A stretch of DNA of 64,000 nt from Spirochaetia bacterium (GTDB lineage Bacteria; Spirochaetota; Spirochaetia; DSM-2461): contig OY764216.1 in NCBI GenBank assembly GCA_963668315.1, positions 2,176,001 through 2,240,000 of the forward strand, read 5' to 3'. Under the pieces are notes generated by a model that had not been told where the DNA came from, did no database searches, and saw nothing but the letters and a program-made list of their open reading frames with translations. Below are positions 18,465-28,675 of this stretch, in pieces. The translations under genes and the position numbers were made by a program. The stretch's first letter is position 1. Each line of letters begins with the position of its first letter.

Positions 18465-19765
18465 GATAAAGCAACCCTTTTGTCTGTAAAATTAGAAAAA
18501 GTTAATCAGTCTCCATATTCAAATATCTTTTACCTGTAAACCACTGCTCATCTATTTCCATTAACAGAGCCGCGATCAGACGATCAACGGACTTCCTATT
18601 TGGAAATATCATGGCTACCCTTGTTCGCCTCTTTATTTCTTTCATCTGCCGCTCTGCCAAATTTGAAGTTCTTAGCCGTCGCCAATGAGCCTTTGGCATT
18701 GAGAAGACGGTAAGGGACTCGGGGATATTCTCATCCATCCAGCTACTCAGATCGGGCGCCGTTTCCTCATATTTTTTAACAGCCATTGAAAGAAAGCGTT
18801 TCGCTTCTTCTCCATTGGGTGCGTTAAAAATAGTTCTGATGTCTTCTGCTACCTCCTTCTCCATGCTCTTCTTGGGAACGTGATGAGAAGCATTCTGCTG
18901 GAGATGAAACTGACAGCGATGCCAGGGAACCGTAGGAAAAACAGCCTCTATTGCAGATTTTAGACCACTATGGGCATCTGAAGTTATCATTCTGACTCCA
19001 TGTAAACCTCGGTCAACCAATCCAGCGAGGAACTTTCTCCAATGAACATCAGCCTCGCTGAGTTCTGTTGAAATCCCAAGAACCCTTCTCATTCCCTTAT
19101 TATCAACTCCATAAGCAATTAGAACGGCTGCCGAAACGACAGCTCTATCCACACGAGCTTTTTCATAGGTCGCATCCACAATGAGATAGCGAAAAGCTCC
19201 CAGAGGGCGATTCCGCCACTTAGAAATCTCTTCATCCAGCAGTGCGGTTGCTTCAGAAACCTGGGATTGGGAAACTTCGAAGCCGCAGAGCTGTTCTACA
19301 ATTTTGGTTACTCTGCGAGTTGATACCCCCTGGATATACATCTGAGCTATTGCCATTTTCAACGCCCTTTCGCTGCGGCACCCTTTTTCAATGCTGCCAG
19401 GATAGAATTCCATCCCACGGACCTGCGGAATCTCGATAGGGATCTCACCTACACGAGTTCGAATCTTCCTGCTTTTGTACCCGTTTCTATGGCCAATGCG
19501 ATCGTCATTCCGTTCATAATGACTGGCTTGGATTGCCTTCTCTTGCTCTAACCGCATAGATAAATTCATTATTGAACTTATGACCTTTGTTAATCCTTCT
19601 CGATTATCTGCCTGGAGCTCTTCAATCATTTGATCGAAAACGGTATAGTAATCCTCGTTAGTCATGATGCCTTCTTTTGTTTTTGGTCGAACTAATCGAA
19701 GACTGATTGGCTAACTTTTTCAAGCCCCCTTTATTTCTAATTTACAGACACTATTGTACACTATC
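18465..19765 (-). mobile_element. Complete IS256-family insertion sequence (1301 bp) with 8-bp target-site duplication
   Basis: Imperfect terminal IRs GATA...TGTCTGTAAA(A)TTAGAA at both ends. Direct repeat AGGGCCTG at 18457-18464 and 19766-19773. Confidence 0.92.
18502..19665 (-). CDS. IS256 family transposase
   Basis: RNGYKSR, MYIQGVSTRRV, VDATYEKAR, SDAHSGLK, RCQFHLQQN, RTSNLAER. Confidence 0.95.
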   Translation of the reverse strand: MTNEDYYTVFDQMIEELQADNREGLTKVISSIMNLSMRLEQEKAIQASHYERNDDRIGHRNGYKSRKIRTRVGEIPIEIPQVRGMEFYPGSIEKGCRSERALKMAIAQMYIQGVSTRRVTKIVEQLCGFEVSQSQVSEATALLDEEISKWRNRPLGAFRYLIVDATYEKARVDRAVVSAAVLIAYGVDNKGMRRVLGISTELSEADVHWRKFLAGLVDRGLHGVRMITSDAHSGLKSAIEAVFPTVPWHRCQFHLQQNASHHVPKKSMEKEVAEDIRTIFNAPNGEEAKRFLSMAVKKYEETAPDLSSWMDENIPESLTVFSMPKAHWRRLRTSNLAERQMKEIKRRTRVAMIFPNRKSVDRLIAALLMEIDEQWFTGKRYLNMETD

Positions 19766-19786
19766 AGGGCCTGCCTTCATCCTTCT

Positions 19787-20833
19787 TTACGCAGGCGTGA
19801 TTGTGCCGTCCACATCCCAGAGCGCCTCCCAGCTCTGACCATCCTTCCAGAGAAAAACATCACCCTTGATAAGGCGGCAGTTCCTGTCTATTCCGGCGAT
19901 ATCGGCCATCTCCTTATCGGTCAGTTTTTCTCCCAGAACGCATTTGAGATTGCTCAGATAATTTCTTTTTTTCACAGAGAAGGGAATGGGTATCTGTCCC
20001 CGCTGATAGGCCCATTTCAGACAGACCACGGCAGGATGGACACCCAGTCTCTCGGCGCAGGCTTTGATCACCGGATCTTCCGTATCTACCGTATCGCTCT
20101 CCGTCCTGTCCCTCTCCGGTCTGTCGGGTGACCCGATGGGGGAATATCCCACGGGCTGAATGCCTTTGGACTGGATATAGCTGAAAAGTTCGGGCTGCTG
20201 GAAATGGGGATGGAGCTCCATTTCAATGACCGCCGGTTTGATCCGGCAGTCCCTGAGGACAAGTTCCATTTTGGGGATGGTCATATTGGATACGCCGATA
20301 TTCCTGACCAGACCCATATCCATGAGTTTTTCCATGGCCTGCCAGGTTTTCATATAGTTTTCATGTATGTAAGGTTTGGCGTCGGGGCTCCGGGAGGATA
20401 CATCGCATCCCGGGGGATGGTAGTTGGGGAAGGGCCAGTGGACCAGATAGAGATCCAGGTAACTCAGCTGAAGATCTTCCAGAGATTTCCGGCAGGAGGC
20501 GATCACATCATCGGGAGCATGCATATCGTTCCAGACTTTGCTGGTGATGAAGAGCTCTTCCCTTTTTACCTTTCCCGAGGCAAGGGCTTTGGCAAATGCC
20601 TTGCCTATCTGCTTTTCATTACCGTATACCGAGGCGCAGTCAAAATGGCGATAGCCCAGCTCCATGGCATTGAAAACGGCATCGGCTACTTCTTCGGCTG
20701 TGACATGGTCGGATCCGAAGGTTCCCATTCCAATAACAGGCATTTTCGATCCTGAGTAGAGAGTTTTATAGGGAAAGACAGAAGGGTCGACTCCTTCCGG
20801 ATCCACGATGAAGTCTCTGGTTTCAAAATCCAT
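19787..20833 (-). CDS. Aldo/keto reductase
   Basis: GYRHFDCASVYGNE, FITSKVW, DLYLVHWP, IGVSN. Confidence 0.93.
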   Translation of the reverse strand: MDFETRDFIVDPEGVDPSVFPYKTLYSGSKMPVIGMGTFGSDHVTAEEVADAVFNAMELGYRHFDCASVYGNEKQIGKAFAKALASGKVKREELFITSKVWNDMHAPDDVIASCRKSLEDLQLSYLDLYLVHWPFPNYHPPGCDVSSRSPDAKPYIHENYMKTWQAMEKLMDMGLVRNIGVSNMTIPKMELVLRDCRIKPAVIEMELHPHFQQPELFSYIQSKGIQPVGYSPIGSPDRPERDRTESDTVDTEDPVIKACAERLGVHPAVVCLKWAYQRGQIPIPFSVKKRNYLSNLKCVLGEKLTDKEMADIAGIDRNCRLIKGDVFLWKDGQSWEALWDVDGTITPA

Positions 20834-21041
20834 TGATTAATCTCCTTTCCGCTGGGCGGAATCTTCTATAAGTGCTATAGTGTACTAGAACAGTATAGAG
20901 TAAAAAATCCCGTTTGACAAGGGAAAAAAGCATTCGGACAAGTATGGGGGAATTTTCTGTTGCGAAATCCCCCTTCCCGTACATAATTAAAGCAGGGACA
21001 TACATCACAAAAGGGTTCCATCCCACAGTCAGAAGGAAATT

Positions 21042-21680
21042 ATGAAAAACGACGGATCATTGGAAGATTTAAAAAAGACTAACGCCATTCTTTCCGGGAT
21101 AATAGAAAGTCCCAGGAATGTGATCATTTTTGCCCTTGATACGGGATACCGCTATATTGCCTACAACAGTAATCATAGAAAAACTATGAAGGCTATCTGG
21201 GGTGCGGAGATTGAAAAGGGAGAAAATATACTCGATTATATAAGCTCCGAAGAGGACAGACAGAAAGCCCGCATGAATTTTGACAAGATCCTTATGGGAA
21301 AGTCTTTTACCCTGGAAGAACAGTACGGGGACACGGCCCATGAGAGGAGGTATTACGAAGATATCTACAATCCGATTATCGACGATAAGGGCGATATTAT
21401 CGGATTAACCGTTTTTCTGACCGATATTACAGAGCGGAAGACGATGGAGCACGAGCGCAACAAGCTGATAACTGAACTGCAGAACGCCCTGGATAACGTC
21501 AAGATGCTCACGGGACTTCTCCCCGTGTGTTCCCATTGCAAGAAAATCCGTACCGAAAACGAAGACTGGCAGCCTATCGAGCACTATATCAGGGAGCATT
21601 CAGAAGCCCAGTTCTCCCATAGCCTCTGCCCGGAATGCGTAAGTAAGCTCTATCCCGATTTAATCGATGACAGTAAATAA
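21042..21680 (+). CDS. PAS-domain protein with C-terminal Cys/His-rich domain
   Basis: PAS/PAC ending DITERK, a coiled coil, then LPVCSHCKKIR...FSHSLCPEC. Confidence 0.8.
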   Translation: MKNDGSLEDLKKTNAILSGIIESPRNVIIFALDTGYRYIAYNSNHRKTMKAIWGAEIEKGENILDYISSEEDRQKARMNFDKILMGKSFTLEEQYGDTAHERRYYEDIYNPIIDDKGDIIGLTVFLTDITERKTMEHERNKLITELQNALDNVKMLTGLLPVCSHCKKIRTENEDWQPIEHYIREHSEAQFSHSLCPECVSKLYPDLIDDSK

Positions 21681-21722
21681 CAGGGATGAACAAATAACCT
21701 TCCTGTGCTATGATGGGCGGCG

Positions 21723-22502
21723 ATGTCCCGGGAAGAAAAAGAGCAGATTATCATACTAAAAACCTATGCCGTCGGAGAGAATCACCGGGGGGTCAGGCTT
21801 CTGACTCCGGGAAACGGCGTTCTCTCGGCATTGGTATACGGGGGCAACGGAAAGAACAGCGGCCGCAAGGGCGCGGTGATTCCCTTCTGCTACGGCTGGG
21901 GGGATCTGGTTCATGACAGAAGCCGGGGGAGATATCAGCTGAAGGAATTTTCCGTTGAAGCTCCCTTTGAGGCGGTGCGGGAAGATTTGAGAAAGACCTA
22001 TATCGCCAGTCTCTGGTCAGAAGTGATCATGGGCTCCTACGGCGGGGGGCATCAGGGCCCCGAGCTGTTCCTCCTTCTCCTGGAAGCCCTCCACTCCCTG
22101 GCCGAGGCGGGAGACAGGGACCGGGCCCGTAATGAAGGGTATATATATAACCGGGATTCCCGCATTCTGGTGCGGTTCCTCTGGTCCTATCTTGCGTTGA
22201 GCGGTGAACGGCCGGATATACGCCGATGCGCCCATTGCGGAGCGGGGACAGAGAAAGGGCTGTACCGTGATTCCCGGGGGCGTATCTTCTGTGCCTCCTG
22301 CGCCCATCCCGGTTCGGGTAAGCTTCCTCCCGGAATTGTTCCCTATCTTGACAGGGCGGACAGTTCAGGATGGGACGAATTCCTGAAAATCGGCATAGCC
22401 GGACAGACTATGGAACAGTTAAAAAGATGGCTTTTCGCGGTCATTCAGGATCATATGGAGTATCCCCTGAAAACCCTGAAAACGGGTGCTTTTCTTTTAT
22501 AA
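21723..22502 (+). CDS. recO: DNA repair protein RecO
   Basis: N-terminal OB fold (ILKTYAVGENHRGVRLLT) and C-terminal CAHCG...CASC zinc finger. Confidence 0.8.
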   Translation: MSREEKEQIIILKTYAVGENHRGVRLLTPGNGVLSALVYGGNGKNSGRKGAVIPFCYGWGDLVHDRSRGRYQLKEFSVEAPFEAVREDLRKTYIASLWSEVIMGSYGGGHQGPELFLLLLEALHSLAEAGDRDRARNEGYIYNRDSRILVRFLWSYLALSGERPDIRRCAHCGAGTEKGLYRDSRGRIFCASCAHPGSGKLPPGIVPYLDRADSSGWDEFLKIGIAGQTMEQLKRWLFAVIQDHMEYPLKTLKTGAFLL

Positions 22503-22539
22503 AACTTGTGTATCCCGGGAAAGAGTGATAATCTTGCCT

Positions 22540-24201
22540 ATGGCTTCCTCATTTATACAAAAAAATAATCTCGGTTCATCTCTGCTGGCTCTTCAGCAGG
22601 TTTCTAAGCAATACTACAGGGATGAGTCCCGGCTGGCCGCCCTTTTTCTGGAGCAGGTTGCTGTGCTTTGCGATGCCGAATGTCTTATCCTCCGAAGGGA
22701 AACCGATTCGGGGCCGGTTATCACAGGAAGTCTCTGCCGCAATGAATCGGACCACTCCCCCGAGACGATTATGCAGCAGATCGAACCCTGTTTTTCTGAG
22801 AGTCATAAAACCTATACCGACGATGAAAGGCAGTCTTTTCTTTTCAGGGGAGAGCTTCCCATCCATTTCGCTCATGAGAGGCTTACCCTTTCCCGGGCTC
22901 TGTTCATTTACTCCTCTTCCTTCTGTCCTGTCCGGTATGAACTGATTCTGCTGAACGGTCATATCGATGGTAATGCCGGGGAACTGACCGGCGACCTGAA
23001 AGGGCTGGTCAATATAATGAGCATGACAAAGGAAAAAGCCGCCATGGAAGAGAATATCCGGCGAAAGGAGAAGGGCATTTCAAAGGCGGTGGATTCTAAG
23101 ACCCAGTTTCTGGGAAGCCTGAGTCACGAGATAAGGTCTCCCCTCAACGGTATCATCTGTATGGCCAGTCTGCTCGGAGAAACCGATCTGACCGAAGATC
23201 AGCAGGAGCTCTTGAGTATCATACAGTTCTCTGCCGACAACATAACCAGGATTATTCAGGATCTCGTGGATCTGACCCTTTTGAACTCGGGGCGGGTCAT
23301 ATTGAAGAACGAGAACTTTTCCCTCCTCACGCTCTGCGGCAATCTCATCAAGAATATGAAGGAAGAAGCATCTTCCAAGGGACTGGACCTGGATATGGCG
23401 GTCGAGGACGGCATCGATTCCTTTCACGGTGATTCGGTTCGCATCGGCCAGATCCTCTCCAACCTTATTCAGAACGCCATCAAATATACCGAGAAGGGAG
23501 AAATCTTTCTCGATGTACACCGCCGTCCCGGTGCCGTGGAATTCGTCGTCAGCGATACGGGTGTGGGAATCCCCAGGGACAAGCAGGATCTTATCTTTGA
23601 AGAGTTTACCCAGCTGGGCAATTCCGTCCATAAGGATAAGGTCAGGGGCGTCGGCCTGGGACTGGCCATTGTCAAAGATCTGGTCGAGATCATGGGGGGG
23701 ACCGTGACGGTGAAGAGCCGTGAGGGAAAGGGTTCGAGCTTTTGCGTTCTACTTTCCGATTTTGATGTCCAGCCCGGGAAGGAGAAGGATTTTCCCCGCG
23801 AAGAGGGAACTCTCTTTTTACCGGAGAATTCCCGTTTTCTCATCGTCGATGATGACGAAATCAACAGGCTCTACCTGAGAATGGTTCTTGAGGGGATCGG
23901 AGCCCATACCGATGAAGCGGAAAACGGTCGGATTGCTGTTGAAAAAGTAGCCGGGAAAAAGTACGATATGGTACTTATGGATATCAGCATGCCCGTCATG
24001 AACGGTCTTGATGCGACAAAGGAGATTCGGAAGATCCGCAAAGACCTTCCCGTTCTGGCCATTACGGCCAACGCCTTTGACGAAGATATCCAGAGAATAC
24101 TGGAATCCGGTCTGGACGATATCGTCCTTAAGCCGGTGGATGAAGAACAGCTTATGAATAAAATTTCCAATTGGATGGGAAGGAGTCGGGGCAATGGATG
24201 A
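22540..24201 (+). CDS. Hybrid sensor histidine kinase/response regulator
   Basis: SHEIRSPLNG H-box, NLIQNAIKYT, DTGVGI, GVGLGL, receiver LMDISMPVMNG. Start uncertain (22486 or 22540). Confidence 0.9.
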   Translation: MASSFIQKNNLGSSLLALQQVSKQYYRDESRLAALFLEQVAVLCDAECLILRRETDSGPVITGSLCRNESDHSPETIMQQIEPCFSESHKTYTDDERQSFLFRGELPIHFAHERLTLSRALFIYSSSFCPVRYELILLNGHIDGNAGELTGDLKGLVNIMSMTKEKAAMEENIRRKEKGISKAVDSKTQFLGSLSHEIRSPLNGIICMASLLGETDLTEDQQELLSIIQFSADNITRIIQDLVDLTLLNSGRVILKNENFSLLTLCGNLIKNMKEEASSKGLDLDMAVEDGIDSFHGDSVRIGQILSNLIQNAIKYTEKGEIFLDVHRRPGAVEFVVSDTGVGIPRDKQDLIFEEFTQLGNSVHKDKVRGVGLGLAIVKDLVEIMGGTVTVKSREGKGSSFCVLLSDFDVQPGKEKDFPREEGTLFLPENSRFLIVDDDEINRLYLRMVLEGIGAHTDEAENGRIAVEKVAGKKYDMVLMDISMPVMNGLDATKEIRKIRKDLPVLAITANAFDEDIQRILESGLDDIVLKPVDEEQLMNKISNWMGRSRGNG

Positions 24202-25633
24202 ACCTGTGAGCATTCCCGAAGACATAGAGAACCTGCATTTTTATTTTATCGGTATCAAGGGGACCGGCATGGCCGCCCTGGCCGAGTTATACTCGGGCCG
24301 GGGGGCGCGTATCACCGGCTCCGATGTGGAAGAGACTTTCTACACAGACCGGATCCTTTCCCGGCTGCCCGTAAAAGTGCTTAAGGGATTTTCCGCCGGC
24401 CATATCGATGAGGCGGGCAAAATCGACTTTGCCGTCCGTTCCAGCGCCTACGGTGATGACCATCCCGAGGTGAAAGCGGTGAAGGCAAAGGGCATCCCCC
24501 TCTTCAATTATACCGAAGCTCTGGGAGAATTGTCCCGCCATTACGCTTCCACGGGAATCGCCGGCGTCCATGGGAAAACCACCACCACCGGCATGATCGG
24601 CACACTGCTAAAAGAGCTTTCCCTGCCTGCTTCCGTCCTTGTGGGAAGCGGTGTCTCCTCTTTCGACGGGAGCGCTTCCTGGCGGGGGGGGGACAGATAT
24701 TTCGTGGCCGAAACCTGCGAGTACCAGAGACACTTCCTGGATTTTCATCCCGGAAGAATCGTGTTGACGAGCGTGGAGCCGGACCACCTGGATTACTTCA
24801 AGGGGTATATGGATATTCTGTCCGCCTTCATGGAGTATATCGATCTCCTACCCGAAGGGGGAGAGCTCATCTACTGCGCCGATGATCCGGGCGCCATGGA
24901 AGCGGCCCAGAGAAGTTCCCTGGACAGGCCCGACCTGAAACTGATCCCCTACGGGGAGACCGCCGAAGGTCCCTACCGTCTGACCCATTCCCGTCTGGAA
25001 GAGGGGAGGAATATTTTCCGGCTGGCCCGGTGGGAGAGGGATTTTATCCTTCCCCTTCCCGGCAAGCATCTTCAGCTTAATGCCGCGGCCGCCCTGGCTG
25101 TTACCGCTTCTGTACTCGCCGAAGAGGGGAGGGAGGTGGATGATGGCTGTCTCGATGTTCTGGCCGAAGGAATCTCACGGTTCCGGGGAAGCAAGAGACG
25201 GTGCGAGCTGGTCGGGGAAAAGGACGGCGTTCTTGTCATCGATGATTACGGCCATCACCCCACGGCGGTTGATCTGACCCTGAAGGGACTGAGGGAATTT
25301 TATCCGAACCGGCGGCTTGTTGTGGATTTCATGTCCCACACCTATTCCCGAACCGCCGCTCTGCTGGAACGGTTCGCCTCCTCCTTTTCCGCGGCGGACT
25401 GCGTCATCCTCCATAAGATATACGGGTCGGCCCGGGAAAAGTACGACGGAAGCGTCACGGGGGAAACCCTTTTCGAAGAGACGAAAAAACGGCACGGGGA
25501 GGTGTATTATTTCACTGAAATCGACGATGCCCTGCCGTTTCTGCGTGACTATTTACGTCCGGGCGACCTTTTTGTTACAATGGGGGCCGGGGATAACTGG
25601 CAGTTAGGCCTGAAAATATTAGAAAATACTTAA
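24194..25633 (+). CDS. murC: UDP-N-acetylmuramate--L-alanine ligase
   Basis: FIGIKGTGM, GVHGKTTT, DHLDYF, DDYGHHPT, TMGAGD. Confidence 0.93.
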   Translation: MDEPVSIPEDIENLHFYFIGIKGTGMAALAELYSGRGARITGSDVEETFYTDRILSRLPVKVLKGFSAGHIDEAGKIDFAVRSSAYGDDHPEVKAVKAKGIPLFNYTEALGELSRHYASTGIAGVHGKTTTTGMIGTLLKELSLPASVLVGSGVSSFDGSASWRGGDRYFVAETCEYQRHFLDFHPGRIVLTSVEPDHLDYFKGYMDILSAFMEYIDLLPEGGELIYCADDPGAMEAAQRSSLDRPDLKLIPYGETAEGPYRLTHSRLEEGRNIFRLARWERDFILPLPGKHLQLNAAAALAVTASVLAEEGREVDDGCLDVLAEGISRFRGSKRRCELVGEKDGVLVIDDYGHHPTAVDLTLKGLREFYPNRRLVVDFMSHTYSRTAALLERFASSFSAADCVILHKIYGSAREKYDGSVTGETLFEETKKRHGEVYYFTEIDDALPFLRDYLRPGDLFVTMGAGDNWQLGLKILENT

Positions 25634-25642
25634 GGAAACACC

Positions 25643-26509
25643 ATGAAAAGTATGACCGGTTTCGGGTATGCGGAAATTCAGGATGAATCGATTCATCTCA
25701 CCGCCGATCTGAAATCCTACAACAACCGCTATCTGGATCTTATTATTAATATACCCCCTCCTCTGAATCCCCTGGAACCGGCCATAAGGGAAAGGCTTTC
25801 CCGATCGGTCAAAAGGGGGCGGGTCGAACTGTACCTGCGCATGAGGGAGCTGGAGGAGAATCTGAGCATCATCCTGGATCGGGATGCGGCCAGGGCCTAT
25901 GCCGGGAAACTCCGTGAATTGGGATCTGAGCTGAATCTCAAGGATGAACTGGGCTACAGCCATATCCTGGGGTTGGAAGGTGTCTTGAAGGTAGACAAAA
26001 AAAGGGACCTGGATTTTCTGGGGGATATGGTCAACCGGATTATCGATCAGGCCCTGGCCGAACTTCTGGAACGGAGGGCCGGGGAAGGGGAAAGCACCGA
26101 AGCGGATATTATGGAGCAGATCGGCCATGTGGAAGACGCGCTGGCTAAAATCCGCGAGCTGGCCCCCGGCGTGGAGGAAAAGGTGACCGCCCTTCTCCAT
26201 GACAAGTTCCGGGAGGTGCTGGGGGATGACCTGGAAGAGTCGCGTGTCCTTCAGGAAACGGCTTCCTATCTGGTCAGGTACGATATCAATGAAGAGATCA
26301 GCCGCCTGACCGCTCATCTGAACTCCTTCCACTCCATCGCCCGGAATGAGGAGATGGTGGGGAAAAAACTGGATTTTCTCTGTCAGGAGATGAACCGGGA
26401 GATCAATACCATCGGTTCCAAGACCCCCCAGGTGGAAGTAAGCCGCCTCGTGGTGGAGATGAAGGACTGCATGGAGAAAATCAGGGAGCAGTTGAGAAAT
26501 GTCGAGTAA
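25643..26509 (+). CDS. yicC: YicC/YloC family endoribonuclease
   Basis: MKSMTGFG, GKKLDFLCQEMNREINTIGSK, REQLRNVE. Confidence 0.93.
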   Translation: MKSMTGFGYAEIQDESIHLTADLKSYNNRYLDLIINIPPPLNPLEPAIRERLSRSVKRGRVELYLRMRELEENLSIILDRDAARAYAGKLRELGSELNLKDELGYSHILGLEGVLKVDKKRDLDFLGDMVNRIIDQALAELLERRAGEGESTEADIMEQIGHVEDALAKIRELAPGVEEKVTALLHDKFREVLGDDLEESRVLQETASYLVRYDINEEISRLTAHLNSFHSIARNEEMVGKKLDFLCQEMNREINTIGSKTPQVEVSRLVVEMKDCMEKIREQLRNVE

Positions 26510-27044
26510 AGGCGATGGGAAAACCCGAATAGCTATCTCGGGAAAGAGCGGATGCGGCAATACCACCGTTACCAGCATGCTGTCCGAAGCGCTCGGTTAC
26601 CGTATGGTGAACTACACCTTTCATACCCTGGCAGATGAGAAGGGAATCGATTTCGATGAATTCTGCCGAATGGCCCAGGATGATCCCCAGTATGACTACC
26701 TTGTGGACAGAAAGCAGGTCGAACTGGCCATGGAGGAAAATTCCGTCCTCGGTTCCCGTCTGGCCATCTGGATGCTGGAAGAGGCGGACCTCAAAGTTTT
26801 TCTTACCGCTTCCCCCGAAGTCAGGGCAGGGCGTATTCTGAAGAGGGAAGGGGGCGATGTCAGGGTGCAGATGGAAAAGACAGCCCTCAGGGATAAGCGG
26901 GACCACGAAAGATATCTGAAACTCTATGATTTGGATAACGACGATTATGCCTTTGCCGACCTTATTATCAATACGGACCGCATGAATCCCGAACAGATAA
27001 GGGATATTATCCTGGCTGCCCTGAAAGCCCGAGCGTCTACATAA
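26499..27044 (+). CDS. cmk: Cytidylate kinase (archaeal-type/putative)
   Basis: IAISGKSGCGNTT P-loop, LGSRLAIW, RDKRDHERYLKLY. Confidence 0.82.
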   Translation: MSSKGDGKTRIAISGKSGCGNTTVTSMLSEALGYRMVNYTFHTLADEKGIDFDEFCRMAQDDPQYDYLVDRKQVELAMEENSVLGSRLAIWMLEEADLKVFLTASPEVRAGRILKREGGDVRVQMEKTALRDKRDHERYLKLYDLDNDDYAFADLIINTDRMNPEQIRDIILAALKARAST

Positions 27045-28488
27045 AGGGGGATGCCAGGCGGCAGAGGGAATTTCTCAGCCGCTTCAGCAGCCCCAGATTC
27101 TTGAAATACTCCAGATTCACCTCCCGGCAGTCCTTCATATCCAGGTAGAACTGTTCTTTCAGCTCTCCCGTAATCTTGTCGGAATAGATCATGGCGTTGA
27201 TCTCGTAATGGAGGTGGAAGCTGCGGATATCCATGTTGCAGGTTCCCACCGAACAGAGGTGGTGGTCCACAATGAATACTTTGCTGTGAAGGAAGCCCTT
27301 CTCGTAGGAGAAAACTCTCACCCCGGCGCGGATGATCTTCTCCAGATAGGTGTGGGCGGCCCACCAGGCCACCCGCTTGTCCGGGACGCCGGTGATCATG
27401 AAATAGACTTTGGTTCCGCTCAGGGCCGCCGTCTGCAGGGCATCCAGCATGGAGTTGTCCGGGACGAAATAGGGGCTCTGTATGAAAACTTCGCTGTTGG
27501 CATTGGATATAAGGGACAGATAGGCCAGCTTGAGGCTGAACCATTCCGAATCGGGACCACTGACGGCTATCTGAAGGGGGTACTGCTGCTTTGTCTCGTC
27601 ATGCTCGGGGGGAGCGGGGTAGGTCACGTTTTCATTGATGCAGTTGGCCCAGTCCGCCATGAATACACTGTCTAGAAGGGTCAGGCAGCTGCCGGTCAGC
27701 CGGATCTGCGTATCCCGCCAGGAGGCGAAATGGCGGCCCCCGTCTATATATTCCTGACCGATATTCATACCGCCGAGATAGCCTATCTTTCCGTCGATGG
27801 TGACTATTTTCTTATGGTTGTTATAGTTGATTTTATGGCGGGATCCGGGATCGCGCAGGTCGAGAAAGTACCGGTAGGAAATGCCGGCCTTTTTCAGTTC
27901 TCTCCGATAGCGGTGGGAAATGCGCAGAAGGGAACCGAAACCGTCGAAAATCAGTCGGATCTCCAGGCCCTGTGAGGCTTTCTCAATCAGTATATCCTTG
28001 ATCTTTTCCCCCAGGCTGTCCGATCGCCAGATGAAGAAATCCATATGGATCTGCTTTTCGGCGTGGCGGATATCGTCGAGGAGGGAGGCGAAAAAATCTT
28101 CTCCCCTGTAGAAGAGGCGGTAGCTGTCCGCATAAGTGAGGGAAGAGTGACACCCCTTTTGTATGAGCTTGATGAGTTTCTCCACGTCATTGGCGGTGTC
28201 GGGATTCTGAAATCTCATTTTCTTCATGAACTGTTTGTTGATATCCTCGTAGGCGATTCTGTAGGTGTTGAGCGCTTCTTCGGGACTGTACTTGAGGAGT
28301 TTATGCCTCTGCCAGTCTATTCCGAGAAGGATGAAGATACCCAGTCCCAGAAGGGGAACGGTGAATATCAGTATGATCCAGAGGATTGAGGTGGTGGAAT
28401 CCCTGTTGGAGAGAATGATGGCGAATGTTACGATAACCGTCACGATCAGGTTAGCCGTATAAATTATCTGAACCAGTGAGAACATCAT
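27037..28488 (-). CDS. cls: Cardiolipin synthase
   Basis: Two N-terminal TMs and two HKD motifs (HKKIVTIDG, HSKVFIVD). Confidence 0.93.
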   Translation of the reverse strand: MMFSLVQIIYTANLIVTVIVTFAIILSNRDSTTSILWIILIFTVPLLGLGIFILLGIDWQRHKLLKYSPEEALNTYRIAYEDINKQFMKKMRFQNPDTANDVEKLIKLIQKGCHSSLTYADSYRLFYRGEDFFASLLDDIRHAEKQIHMDFFIWRSDSLGEKIKDILIEKASQGLEIRLIFDGFGSLLRISHRYRRELKKAGISYRYFLDLRDPGSRHKINYNNHKKIVTIDGKIGYLGGMNIGQEYIDGGRHFASWRDTQIRLTGSCLTLLDSVFMADWANCINENVTYPAPPEHDETKQQYPLQIAVSGPDSEWFSLKLAYLSLISNANSEVFIQSPYFVPDNSMLDALQTAALSGTKVYFMITGVPDKRVAWWAAHTYLEKIIRAGVRVFSYEKGFLHSKVFIVDHHLCSVGTCNMDIRSFHLHYEINAMIYSDKITGELKEQFYLDMKDCREVNLEYFKNLGLLKRLRNSLCRLASPFM

Positions 28489-28530
28489 CTAATAATTGTA
28501 CCAAAATTGGGGAAAGATCAAGGGGAAAGT

Positions 28531-28557
28531 AAAAAAAGGGACCCTTAAGGTCCCTTT
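28531..28557 (-). terminator. Intrinsic terminator after tRNA-Phe
   Basis: AAAGGGACC/GGTCCCTTT stem, followed by a T-run on the minus strand. Confidence 0.75.
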
Positions 28558-28559
28558 GC

Positions 28560-28632
28560 TGCCACCGATGAGATTTGAACTCATGACACAGGGATTTTCA
28601 GTCCCCTGCTCTACCGACTGAGCTACAGCGGC
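28560..28632 (-). tRNA. tRNA-Phe (GAA)
   Basis: Reverse complement GCCGCTGTAGCTCAGTCGGTAGAGCAGGGGACTGAAAATCCCTGTGTCATGAGTTCAAATCTCATCGGTGGCA folds as a cloverleaf. CCA not encoded. Confidence 0.96.
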
Positions 28633-28646
28633 ATTAACGAAAAGGG

Positions 28647-28675
28647 ATTATAGGGGAAAGCTTTTTTTTTGTCAA
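28647..28675 (-). promoter_or_regulatory. Consensus sigma70 promoter for tRNA-Phe
   Basis: TTGACA-17 nt-TATAAT on the minus strand. Confidence 0.85.
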
